Source: Catajapyx aquilonaris (lineage: Eukaryota). From it: a stretch of DNA of 64,000 bases. The notes below the pieces were generated by a model. That model did no database searches. It worked only from the letters and a program-made list of their open reading frames with translations, and was not told where the DNA came from. Numbering within the stretch: position 1 is the first letter of the stretch; every line of letters starts with the position of its first letter. A program made the position numbers and the translations under genes. The stretch lies in the NCBI GenBank assembly GCA_000934665.2, contig KZ538035.1, forward strand, positions 62,001 to 126,000, read 5' to 3'. Below are positions 52,550 to 64,000 of the stretch, in pieces.

Positions 52550-55500
52550 TCAAGGCTGGTCATGTCTCCTCCACTTCTCCACAGCCTCTTTTCGGACATC
52601 CGGCTGCAGCTGGTTGCACATTCCTCCCAGTACATTCGAGGTTGCTTCTGTGGCCAGGATAATGGGCTTCACTATGGAGGGTGGGATCTGGCGAAGAACA
52701 CCACCCACTGCCCCAGACACTCCCTTTTGTTCATGTTCCTCACTTGCAACTTGAACTATTAGCTGCGCTGTTTCGCCCAAACCCTGCAACATTATTTAGG
52801 ACTGGGAACTTAGGTGCTTCAGACCTGTGATGCCACATTGTGCTACACTGCAACAACTTCCAATGATTATAAACTAAATATCAATGCTGAGTTTGAAATT
52901 ATTGTTTGGGTATAGTAAATAGTGCCTAACTGAAAAGGAATACTGACCTCCTTGACCAGCTGGTAGGCATTGGACATGCCTTCCCGGATGTCAGATGGCT
53001 GGTTGTACCTTCTGTGCCTCAGGTGTGAGGAAGGATGAGACAGAACCAGATGCTGTGGATGGTGATGCTGATATCTATCTCTCCGCTTCCTATCATCTCC
53101 CTCCTCCCCTTCATCCTCCTCCACTGAGTTGGGGTTGTTGGTACCAGCCATGTGACGGCGCTGCTGCTGCATCAACATAATTCTCCTTTGCCTCAGACTT
53201 GGACCTGGAGACATGACATCATAGGCCAATTCTGCAGCCCCTTGCATGAGTTGCACCAGTCTGTTAGTTAGCTCCAGGGCAGCCATGGCTGTTGATGTAC
53301 TGAAGGAGCTAGCCCCTCGTTGGATCCCCCGAACTATGCGACCATCTCGCTGGTACTGCTCAATCGGCAGCCAGAACAGATCTCGGATACCTTGGACTGA
53401 AATTAAAAACAATAGGAAAAACCATTTAAATTGTTTGACATGATAACGGTATACCTGAGGATAACTTAACTTGTAACAGACATGTGGGTACATGTGAAAT
53501 TTATGCCAATAAGTTGTATGCTTAATTATGAAAGACACTGTATAATTGTGATTCAATTGAAAATGTGCCAGGCAACTGCACAAGGATGTGGTTCAAATAC
53601 AGTAAAAGCAAGATCAAAAATTTGAGGCTTTGCATGGCATCTACTCTTGCTCAAAATATGCACCTACAAGGCAAAAGCCACCTCCACCAACTCAAAAAAC
53701 ATCTCTGGTGCCTATGCAGTTTTCACCACATCCTACTTGCAACTTTCTGTTCATGATGTGTGAGACCTACTTATTTCAGTGTGTGGAATTGTATGTCTGG
53801 TTACTTGCTCCTCACATATCGAGTATTCTGAAAAAATGTCTTCTGGATGGGGTCAACCACTTCAACTCTTACTGGCTTCACCAGCCCCTTGCAACTCACT
53901 CTCTTTTCCTGTGCGTTTAGCTGGCCCGCTATCCCCAGACGTAGAGTCCAAATATCCGGATGTGGAGCTCTGTACCAAAACGGATTGGGGCGGACGTGTC
54001 TGAACTGTTCCGAGCCTACCTATATTGTCGATTCCCATTCAGCCCCTGTTTGCAGATCCTACCATCAGCCACCAATTGAAATGGTCAAAATCGCATTCGG
54101 GTGGCTGATGGTAGAATCTGCAAACAGGGGCTGAATGGGAGTCGACAATATAGGTAGGCTCGGATCAGTTCAGACACGTCCGCCCCAATCCGTTTTGGTA
54201 CAGGGCTCCACATCCGGGGATAAGGGACCAGCTAAGCGCAAGGCCTTCCCCGTATGGCTAGATAGGAAGTTGTGGGGGGCTGGGCTCCACCTTTGAATTG
54301 ATGGCAACATATTTTGTAAGCTGGAAAACTGATCTCTTACGATACTTTTTGTTGTTGTTGTTGTCGTTGTTGTTGTTTTTTTAAAACCCCATTGGAGGGA
54401 ACAAAGCCCTTTTAGGGGGGTGGATTACCACCATCTGAATGATTTTCCAATTTTTCTTCAGACTCCATGCAAGGACAATTAGGGAAGTAGGGTAAGGATG
54501 GGGGGATTTGGGAGGGGACACAGGTGCAAGTGCAATGTAGGAAAAGGGTCATGTGCAGTCCCCCAGGAGGCCATTTGCCAACACGCCGCCTTAGGCGCGG
54601 CCCAGAGACCCACTGACACAGGCGAAAGGCAACTCCCAGGCGGGGATTAGAACCCGGGACCTTTCGCACAGCAAGCAGAGACGTTACCATCTCGGCCATC
54701 GCACCTTCCCCTCTTATGATACTTAATCCTGCATTTCTCTGCAACTAGATGCTCTTTTATTTGCTTCACCTCTGAATTAGCAACATTACAATGAAGTTAT
54801 TTCTTGATTACATTCTACTCTAATAACTAATACGCTTTCAATATAAGAGCATAAAGAATTAGACAGTTTGACTTACAGAGCTGAACAAAGGAATGCATTG
54901 GTCCAACTCCACCAAGTACACTGGGAAGCTGGTTCTTCTTTATGTCCTGAAGCCACTCAGTCAGCATGTATGCTACCAATTTGTTGAAACCTAAGAGGCT
55001 GCAATCACCAAAAAATTATAATAAAAGTCAAGCAACAAATTATAATTGAGCAATCTATGCTACCTAATCCCAGCTTACCCATGACGATAGTTCAGCCTCT
55101 TCAGGTTGAGCTCAAGACAGTTGAGCTGGCCCAAGCCCATTAGCAAACCTGCCAGGGGACCATGGCTCATGTCCACCCTCTTTCCATGGTAATCTATCCG
55201 AATGGGAACATCCGAAGCAAACACAAATGAGCGGAAGTACACTGGGCTCGAGTCTCCACTACTTCCAGCAACACTACCACTGTTCCCTCCACCCTTGTTC
55301 ACTCCCTCTCTCCCTGAAGGAGAAGAGATTATTAAGTCCTGTGCTTTGTCTGCAGTCTCCTCTAGGAGGATCAACAATTGCTGGGAGTCTCGTGGGCAGT
55401 CATGCTCCACCAATGATGATTCCTTGTGAAAACTTGTCACAGACATAACTGGCACCTGTCAAAATACAAGCAAAACTCATGAACTTCATGGTCTCATACA

Positions 55501-58500
55501 ACTTTTGCTCAGCAAATGTCATGGATATTTTATAAACTGATCACCTGGCGTGACTGATGTGTTGGAGTGTGGTGATAAAGAGGAGGAGTAGTGCCACCAG
55601 TACCAGTACCACTACTGCTTCCCACTCCACCTCCCCCTGCAGCAGCAGCACCACTATCACCTCCACTACCTGCCACAGGACTTAATTCTGGCTCTTCCTT
55701 TCCAGAAGTCAGCTGACTGAAGAAGTTGTACAGGAACATGAGGGCATCCTGGTCTATGTTTAGTCTCACTGGAAGGACAGACACCTTCAGGCAGCACTCC
55801 TGCTCTTTGAGCTTTGGGTCTGGACGTATGTGAAGAGCTTTTATCACCACCTGAAAGCACCAAATGAGAGAGGAAATAACATCAGGGTCCTCATTCTGCA
55901 TCATGATGAGACATCGCACTGATGAGATTGATCTCATCCAGTGGTTCTGCTAATGGCTAGGGCAAGAATTTCTGTTGCTGGAGAAGGCCTTCTGGATACT
56001 ACAGTATCATAATATAGAGACAGCCCTGCTCTGGAAAGATGCTGTTTTGTTTTGGTCAACGCAGAGTAAACTCTACCAACCAATGCCGGGAAAGCATTTT
56101 TATCTACAAACAAATCTGTGTGAATACTGCAAGGAATTGCCCAGCAAGTGACAAAATAAAAATTTGCACAAAATAAAACAGCCTAGCTCCAGAGCATGGT
56201 TGTCTCTGAACTATGACAGCATAGAAAGGGCTTTGTCTAGCTGCAGATATTTTCGTCATTGCTACATGGCCTAGACCAGAACAATTGGGTAGGATCAAAC
56301 TCATCATTTAAAATTCTCGCTACAATGACACCGGGCTACACAAATAAAATAACTGCATTCCACAAGCCAAGTCATTTTCTTTACACTGAGGCCCCGACCA
56401 TTTTGCTGCTCCATCTTAGTTCCCCCTTGGTCCTGTGTCATGGAGAGAGAGGGCCAACAGGAGTTCATGGGAATAGTTCAGAGCCAATTCAGAGCAGAGA
56501 AACAGACTAGGTCTTAATTTGTAGCAGTGCTAGTAAAACTCATACATCAGATATGCCACTGTGGCAATTTGAAAGACATCAAGGTGATCCAAGTGATCAA
56601 TGACTGCAACATTTAAACACATGTTCCAATCCATACCATATTGGCATGCCTCTGTTTGGGTCTTGACTGGGACGTATACTGATACAGGAACTTGTTCATC
56701 TGAGAGGTGGCCAGCCTATCTCTCATTTCCACATCCTTGATCACTAGAACCTGTCTGGAAGCCTGCTGACACTCTTCTGGATACACTTCATACTGGAAAC
56801 GCACCTGCATTAAAAATTAAAGATGTTAAGACAAAAGTGCAACCATTTCTTTTCTGTCCCTCTCCCAAAATGCCTAACAAGTATCTGCGTAATAGGCTTT
56901 CCCACACTCCACACACCAACATAAATCCTCTCTATGGGTTAGTTATGCCAACAATGCCATTAATTTCAATAGTGTACAGAAAAAGACCAATCCAAAAAGC
57001 TTAGCTAGGTATGTAGCAAACACATTCTGATCAGATTCCTACCTATGATTATTACTGTCTGCCAGTAAAATAATTGCCCAAGGTAATTCAAGCACAGTCA
57101 GGGAAAAATTAAAGTGATAATTTATCTTTCATGATCCTCTGAAACTTTTAATATGTTCATTCCATTTTTGAATCAAGCAACTTTACTGAAATTCCATGTT
57201 TTTATTAAAACCTTTTATATCAAAAACTACTCCAGACATCTTCCAGTCTCTGACCTTATTGAGATGCAGCTCCATGAGGATCGAGTGGTGCCTTCCTGGC
57301 CCTCCCTGCATATGCCTTGCCATGCAGGTTCCTCCACCACCACCGCCGCTACCCAGAGAAGATGTTCCCCTGGACGAGTGTGGAGGAGAGGAGCAGGGGC
57401 TGCCAAAGTGAACTTGGTTGGGCCTGAGCTTGGAGAACCCCACCTCCAGACTAGATGGAGGAAAACTGTTGCAAGAGGTTGGACTGGCTGGGCTTCCCAT
57501 CCCAAGAGTTGGAGGAGCACTTCCTGCACGGTAACTGCTACCAGGAATAATGAAACTGATCAAGTCTTCTCCATGAATTAAAAAACTAAATACTACTTGC
57601 ACAACGAGAAAGATTCTCATGCCTACAACTCATAAATGTAAAAAGGAAAGTATGCTCAGTCGAGGCAAATCACTGACCTGTCATCAATCTTAGCATTCTT
57701 CTTGTCTCCTCCAGCACTACTAGAAGCAGCTGCAGTAGACTGGAAGTCATGTCCTCCATACATGTGCCATTTTACAGACACCTCACTTATCACATACCGA
57801 AACACAGCAGAGGGAAAGTGCTTGGGAGCCTTCAGGATATCAGTCTTTGCTAGTGGAACAGTAAAGTGATTCTCCAATACCTGGATTGGCTCAGAGGTTA
57901 GCACACGAACCTCTGGTTCTCCACTACGGGGCTGAAATATTTATGCAACATTTAAAATCTGTTTGCATGACTTCGCATTAAAATGTATTCTACTGGGTCT
58001 TAGATGCCAAGTAGTTACTTTTTAAAGCATGGCATTTATTAGGGCAAAACTGGAAAGTTTTCTAACATTAAGAGCACAGCATTAACTTGTACCATATTGT
58101 GAGAGAACAACAATCAAAGAACTCACCCTAAATCCTATTCCTGGATCTTCTTCCAGAAGACAAAATTCATCGTCTCCACTGTCATCCTCTATTTCCATTT
58201 CCATGGCCGCATCTTCCAGTGCTTGACTGAGGTCCACAGTCCCTCCGCTGCCTTCAGCAGCAGCCCCTTCTCTCTTAGATGCTGCTGCAGCCTCACCCAC
58301 CTTCTGATTTTCATCTGGAAAGAAGAAAACTTCCACTCCTTTCTTCTTCTTGCTTATACGCTCAAGCATTTCGGCCTCTGACACTGTGGAAAGAAATGGT
58401 TGCTGTTAGGCTCACTACCCGAGATGATTTTTTACTACAAGGCAGGCGGAATCAGAACTTGAGACAACAGCAAATGCAATATTGAAATATTACTCCAGTG

Positions 58501-61500
58501 TAAGTATGACAGCAGAGGGTAAGTAAGAAACACCAATTACAGTTGTTACTAATATCTGCCAAGGATCTTGTCCTATGCTCTGCCATCTGTATTGTCAGCT
58601 GAAAAAATTCTAAATCTCACATTACATAATGTTTCTGCAGAAATTGCCTACAGGTTTTCCACTGGTTGAGGGAATTAGTTCAGCAATGTTACAATCCTAC
58701 CTCAGCTGTCCAATTGACAATTAGAGATTAACCTGCATTTGCCCTGACAACAGAGCCCTAGGAGTCTCAAGTTTAGGTTCTACCTACAAAACGAATTATT
58801 AACGTACCTAGTTCTCCTCCACCATTAACATCCCTCATGGCTTCTGCCATAAGCGTATGAACTCTGTCAACCTGTGACTTGGAGAGAGCAGACATGCCCC
58901 CCTCCTCCTCTTCTGAATGGTTCAGTACTCCATCCAGTGACTGAAGAGGAGGCATTCCTTGAGATCCTCCATCTGAAAAATCCTCTTCAACAGGCTCAAC
59001 CAAGTCCCCATCACTGGCAAAATAGATGAGGAGCTCTGCTAAGGCTTTGCATGAGTCAGCACAGGTCCAGATGTGGACTATGTTGTTGGATGCCATCAGG
59101 TCCACCTGAAATGTGTGAATTAGCACGTCAGATGGACTTCAAAAGTTTGAAAACACATGCAGTATGCAGGACTTGGATGGATTTAATTTCATGTATGCTT
59201 GGCTGATTATAACAAGTCCACTGAATGAATGTGATAATGAGTACATCACTTACATACAAGAAAATGAAGGAAACGTCAGAATATCAGACTTCTTCAATCT
59301 TATGCATCTTCACATTACAAGAGGCGTAGAAAATTCTTTGTTAGAATTTTTTAACTCACTGATATATTCATTTACCTACATAAAATTGACATAATGGAGA
59401 AATACCAAATACTCCAGTTACTTGAGCTAGCCTTATGATTAATTTTCTGAATTGAAAAGAAAAAAATCATCTCCAAGACTCATGAAAAATAAATTAGCCT
59501 AGTACTTGAGGATTCAGGATTGTGGAACTTACAAACACAATATACCAAAAGTACTATTCAATTACTACACATTTCACTTGAAAACTGACAATCATACACA
59601 TTGTGCACTCAAGTCTGAAAGTATAGCACAATGATCATACCTTAGGAGCCCTGCTTGAAGCAGCTTCACTGAGTCTGAGTGACAGCTCAAAGAGGCCTAG
59701 GCTTAACACACAGACGTAGTTCCTGTCCAGATCAACCTGTGGGGCAGTCAACTTGTCTGACAGGTACAGGGCAGAGTCCTCCACAATAAATCTGAGAACT
59801 GATGTACTGCTCTGAGCAGCAATGTTGCTGGAGATAGCTAAATTCTCAAAGGCAATGAGAGAGCGAAGAGGCAGATGCAAGGGACGGTAGTCAACAGCAC
59901 ACTTCCACCAGTTGAGATGCAGCTCTAGCATGGTTGTCAGAGGAGAGTAGCCTTCTACCGGGTAGTCAAGCACATCGATGAAGTCTACAAGATGGGAGAA
60001 CCAGCTTTGCCCTGATTGGCTCACTCGGTGATGAAGGGTTGCCCCACGAACTGTTGCTGCCACACGAAATGTCTACAAAAAGTGCACGAGAGAGAAAGAG
60101 AGACAAATCAATCCACTCTTGGAACGGAATGTTATATGGACCTAATTAAGTGCATCTTGTAATAAATACTGTATGTACAATTTTATGTGAATGTACAGAT
60201 TATGACTACATACAGCATCTCTGTGTGCTAATGTTATACTAAAAAAATTACGTTAACTGGTCCTTTCAGGAGAGAAAGACATAGTGATTATATGACCCAT
60301 TTTGAGATACTCTATTTTACAAAGTTACACATTGATGAGCTTTTCAAATTACCTTACAGAATGAAAAATGTGGACAAAATTTGAACATACTGTAAAACAA
60401 AAATTGAAACATTTACCACATTGCTGCATCACCTGAATCCAAAACATTACAGACCCTTCTTTTGTTTTTTGTGTTGCATTGTGGCAAGGTCTGCAACTAT
60501 TGTACATACAGGTAGGCCTCATTTTGCTATTTACCTTCTGTGACCCAGTTTTGCTGGAACCCCAAATAAAATGGAGCGTACTCTATTGGTAGTTAGGTGC
60601 CTACAGTTTCTCACATTATTGGTAGGAATAATGTGAATATGTTTACTTTTGCAAGGGTTTATACCGTATTACCTCACTTAAAGAGGCATGCCGGTGTAGT
60701 CGAGGTCGACCAGTTTTTAGAAATGCACATCTGGTGGCTATACCGGCATGCCGGTCTAAGCGAGGTATGCCGGTATAAGGCGAGGTTTTCTTAAGCACAG
60801 CATTATCACGATCTCTGTGAAAATTATTACTACTCACATTAATGCATTACAACATGTCCTATGGTGCGAATACAGCCCAGGACTCTTCTTATTGCCTGAC
60901 ATGTCCCAAAAGATCGCTCGTTAAGTTCTTTCATGGCAACATTTTCAATTGAAAGTGCTAGGCTGCAAGAAGAGAAGCATACCTAACAGGATAGATCACA
61001 CGATACTTTGGGTTAGGATTTTATTATCTGAATAACGATGCTTCTCAGACAAGTTGATACTACTACATCAAGTGATCCTCCAATTGCCAATGAGATCTGC
61101 GACCAGCGAACTATTGTGCAAAACGAAGGACTGAAGGAATTTGCCTAGTTCCTTTGTAATATTTAGGGGGTTTACCCTCTAAGAACAGGCTGAATATGGA
61201 ATTGGTCACACTCTATGCGTTGTGTAACAGATGAACTGGCATATTCTCACAGCACTGTACACCCACATTTTTCACCATAACATTATTTTAGCACATTACC
61301 AGATGCATTTTAAAAAACTGACAACGATCAAAGTTATTGAAATATATGTGTTACTGCGGCATGCTAGCCACCCCTGGGGTTATACTGGCAAGCCACTTTA
61401 AGTGAGGTAATACGGTGTTGTAATAAACTACTAGTCAAGTCAACAGAAAGAAATTTGCAGAGATATACATAAGGCTTAGAGGCATGTCCACAGCAAACCA

Positions 61501-63886
61501 GAAAATTCTGTCTCCCTTTTGCTATTGACTGCACTCCATGAATGGGAATGCTTCCTCACCTTCATATGTGCTGCATCATCGCACTGCACTCGAATGGCAA
61601 CTGAAAGCATGTCCAATGAGTCCCCTCCAGCCCCTATCTCATCAGCCATCGCTCCCACCACTCCCCTTCCTGACTTGACTATTGTTGGGAAGAGGTGGGA
61701 AGGACAACGGCTGTCCACAGACACTGATGGAAGCACTGTAGGATCGGAAATCAATCCTATAACAGAAAGAAAAGATAAGTATTTATTACTGAAGTTAACG
61801 ACAAAGTGCTCACTCCTTCAATTAATCATTATCGCCTTATAGGCAAGATAGTTTACCATTGTGATAGAAGGCAGCCTTGTTGACCTGAATGCAGATGTAA
61901 CCCAAGTCTTGATCCCCTCTGTAGGAAGACACTGAGAACAAACTTCCATCCTCAACTTGAAGCATGCATTCTCCATGGTGCCCCGGGATCACATTCCCAG
62001 TGGTGTCCTTCGCAAATCATAAAATAAAAACCTGTATCAATCTGTTTTCCTATCTATTAGATAGAATGTAAAACACCTGACATGCTGAAAACTGCACTTC
62101 AAGCGCTGTTTGACATGGTTCAGCACAATTTCAACTTCTGCACTTCATATGAATTTATAGTAGTTTGAACAGACGCAACAGTTCAACATGATTGAAGTTT
62201 AGCTTGCAACACAATACAACTTGGCACCTGATGAATAAGAATGAACAATCCAACAAACCCTGGCAGGTGAATGCAAAGTGATAGTCCCTTTGGAGATGGT
62301 GACAGTTGCAGCAACCTTGCTCTGGTTGCTCCCACTTCTTCTTATTTCACCTTGCTGCTGCTTCTTCCTTTGACGCTGCTTGTGCTCATACACAGAGTAG
62401 TACATGCCACCCTCTTCATCTGAGTCACTATCTGTGTCCACTGAAAAAAATTACAACAATAATAAACATTAATAATAACACAGACACGAAAAAAATTTAG
62501 AAGTTATTTTCACCTCACTCCTTTAAAATCCCACTCCCTTTTTTGTGACTTTTAACATATGATACTACTAAGTAAAATCCTATGAATAACTCACTGATAT
62601 GACCAATAAATATTAATTCAACCAAGGAATGAAATTTGTACATTGGGTTGTGAAGATGTTAGGATGTTACGTGGGATTGAGCCACTTCAAGGCCCTTGAC
62701 ATCAATGAGATACTAATGCTAAAAATATCTGGGTAACAAATGCAGAAAGAAAATCCCACACAGGAGGCACTACTCATCACCATCACCACTCCACCACCCC
62801 ACTGGAAAAAAGTAATATCTGCACATTGCAATAAGTTCATGCTTCTTTCTGGTGGTCTGGTGCAAAAGTCTTGATTTTCAAGCCCGTAAGACAATGTGCA
62901 AGTGTTATATTTTTCAGTAGGATGACAGTATTGGTAGTGAGGGAAGGACAGCCACAATCAGAGGCATCATGAAGGTTGTTAGGTATGAATAGAGCCCTTC
63001 AAGGAATTCTTTCTCTGTAGAATGGCAGTTTCTCTTGGCAGTAGTCATACTCTAGAATAGCCAAGGGCATACGTCCTCTAGAAATATAAGCCACCTCAGT
63101 GAAAGACCATGAAGGCCCCCAATTTTAGAGTGAAAATTATGAATATTTATTCATAACTTTAAACTCTCACTGGTTTCTTCACAATCATTTAAAACAATCA
63201 TAGAAACACAGTGTTACAGCAATGGGCAAAAAACGCAAGTTCTTCGCGCAAGGTCTTCACGTAAGGTGTGCCTGGTGGTGAATAAAATTATATCCGTGAA
63301 TATTTTTTTTGCGAACATCTAAATATCCTAAGGAATAGGGCAAAAGCATATGCATAAGTTTATCTTGTTTTTATCCTTGCCTACAGGTGTGATGCTCTTC
63401 TAGCAGAAGTGGGATACTTAGGAAGGTGGGGTGTGAGGAGGAAGACTTAGGATAAGATTACATCCACTAATTGGAACCCCAGAGATTAGTCTCACGTCAG
63501 TGGGGTTTTACTGTATGTGTAGTCATTAGCTAGCTTACCACCCTGAATCCCAGATTTGCACATGGAGAAGGAACTTGGGTAGAGAGACTCTTGTAAAAAT
63601 CCTGCTGTGAGGTCAGGCTGTAGGGATGCATGATAGAGATCTCCACCACCCATCACCCCACCTCCTCCACAATGAAATCCCATGGGCTTGGGAGCTGCAG
63701 GTTCCCATAGGAAAAAGTCAGTGTTGATCCGGTTGTACAACACCTCATAAAAGTGCTTAGAAGGGAGCACTATGTGAGCAGTAGGCAGCGACAGTTCCAC
63801 TCTGTAACGGCATCTGCGGCAGGCCTGTTCCATGAATTCAGACATTTCTTGCTTGTCACCAGGTATTAACATCTCCTGAGCCATGC
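52550..63886 (-). CDS. ATG2: Autophagy-related protein 2 (lipid transfer protein), 3' part; 5' exons outside the window
   Basis: Exons (minus): ~63886-63539, 62440-62259, 62007-61857, 61756-61560, 60072-59641, 59105-58808, 58383-58127, 57931-57678, 57537-57255, 56804-56637, 55850-55545, 55455-55079, 54998-54877, 53396-52948, 52783-52550, with consistent phases. Motifs: LPSKHFYEVLYNRI, CAVDYRPLHLP, HIWTCADSC (CAD motif), EMRDRLATSQMNKFLY, PVRLNIDQDAL, VPIRIDYHGKRV, QGIRDLFWLPIEQYQRDGRIVRGIQRGA, GAVGGVLRQIPP. Confidence 0.95.
53912..54240. mobile_element. Foldback/MITE forming a long hairpin in an ATG2 intron
   Basis: Arms 53956-54073 and 54100-54217 (118 bp, about 4 mismatches, 26-nt loop); outer extension TGCGTTTAGCTGG..TATCCCC / GGGGATA..CCAGCTAAGCGCA. 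Confidence 0.85.
54348..54710 (-). mobile_element. tRNA-derived SINE, same family as 39969-40331, with (AAC)n tail
   Basis: Minus strand: A box TGGCCGAGATGG, B box GGTTCTAATCCC; body alignable to the 39969 copy; TSD CTCTTAYGATACTT at 54334-54347 and 54711-54724. Confidence 0.9.
60664..61415. mobile_element. Tc1/mariner-pogo-type non-autonomous element (TA-CCGTA termini)
   Basis: TIR CCGTATTACCTCACTTAAAG(A/T)GGC.TGCC at both ends; TA on the left and TG on the right; an additional internal TIR-like copy at ~60745-60777. Confidence 0.7.
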
Positions 63887-64000
63887 CTGTTTGACAAATT
63901 CAGAGACTTAGGAGGCAACTCAAACTAAATGGTTATAAAAACACTCCTTAAAGAAATCATGCTGGAAGTTTCATGGAAATATATTGCACTTTGGAATATG

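Overview
Eukaryotic genomic DNA, most likely from an arthropod or insect with a large, TE-rich genome; the species cannot be determined from this window. Bases ~1-24,000 contain no recognisable host gene and consist of heavily decayed LINE, Penelope, piggyBac and hAT relics. The rest holds four spliced genes whose exons I reconstructed with GT-AG and phase consistency: PRP39 (minus, 11 coding exons, ~1022 aa), a secreted His/Gly/PV-rich cuticle-like gene (plus, 3 exons, 210 aa, TATA promoter), an ARHGAP11A-like RhoGAP (minus, ~10 exons, ~1009 aa) and the 3' part of ATG2 (minus, 15 exons, 5' end outside the window). Introns and intergenic gaps carry many small elements. These include a Galileo/P-like foldback with a 7-bp TSD, a THAP-bearing ISL2EU/Kolobok-like element with internal repeats, a 118-bp-arm hairpin, Harbinger, mariner and pogo-type MITEs, and tRNA-derived SINEs with TSDs. 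I found no CRISPR array, rRNA or intact tRNA, and no clearly novel multi-gene system. The best leads are the unusual foldback elements, a CHR-motif cluster in the RhoGAP promoter, the low-complexity extensions of PRP39 and the unclassified cuticle-like protein.
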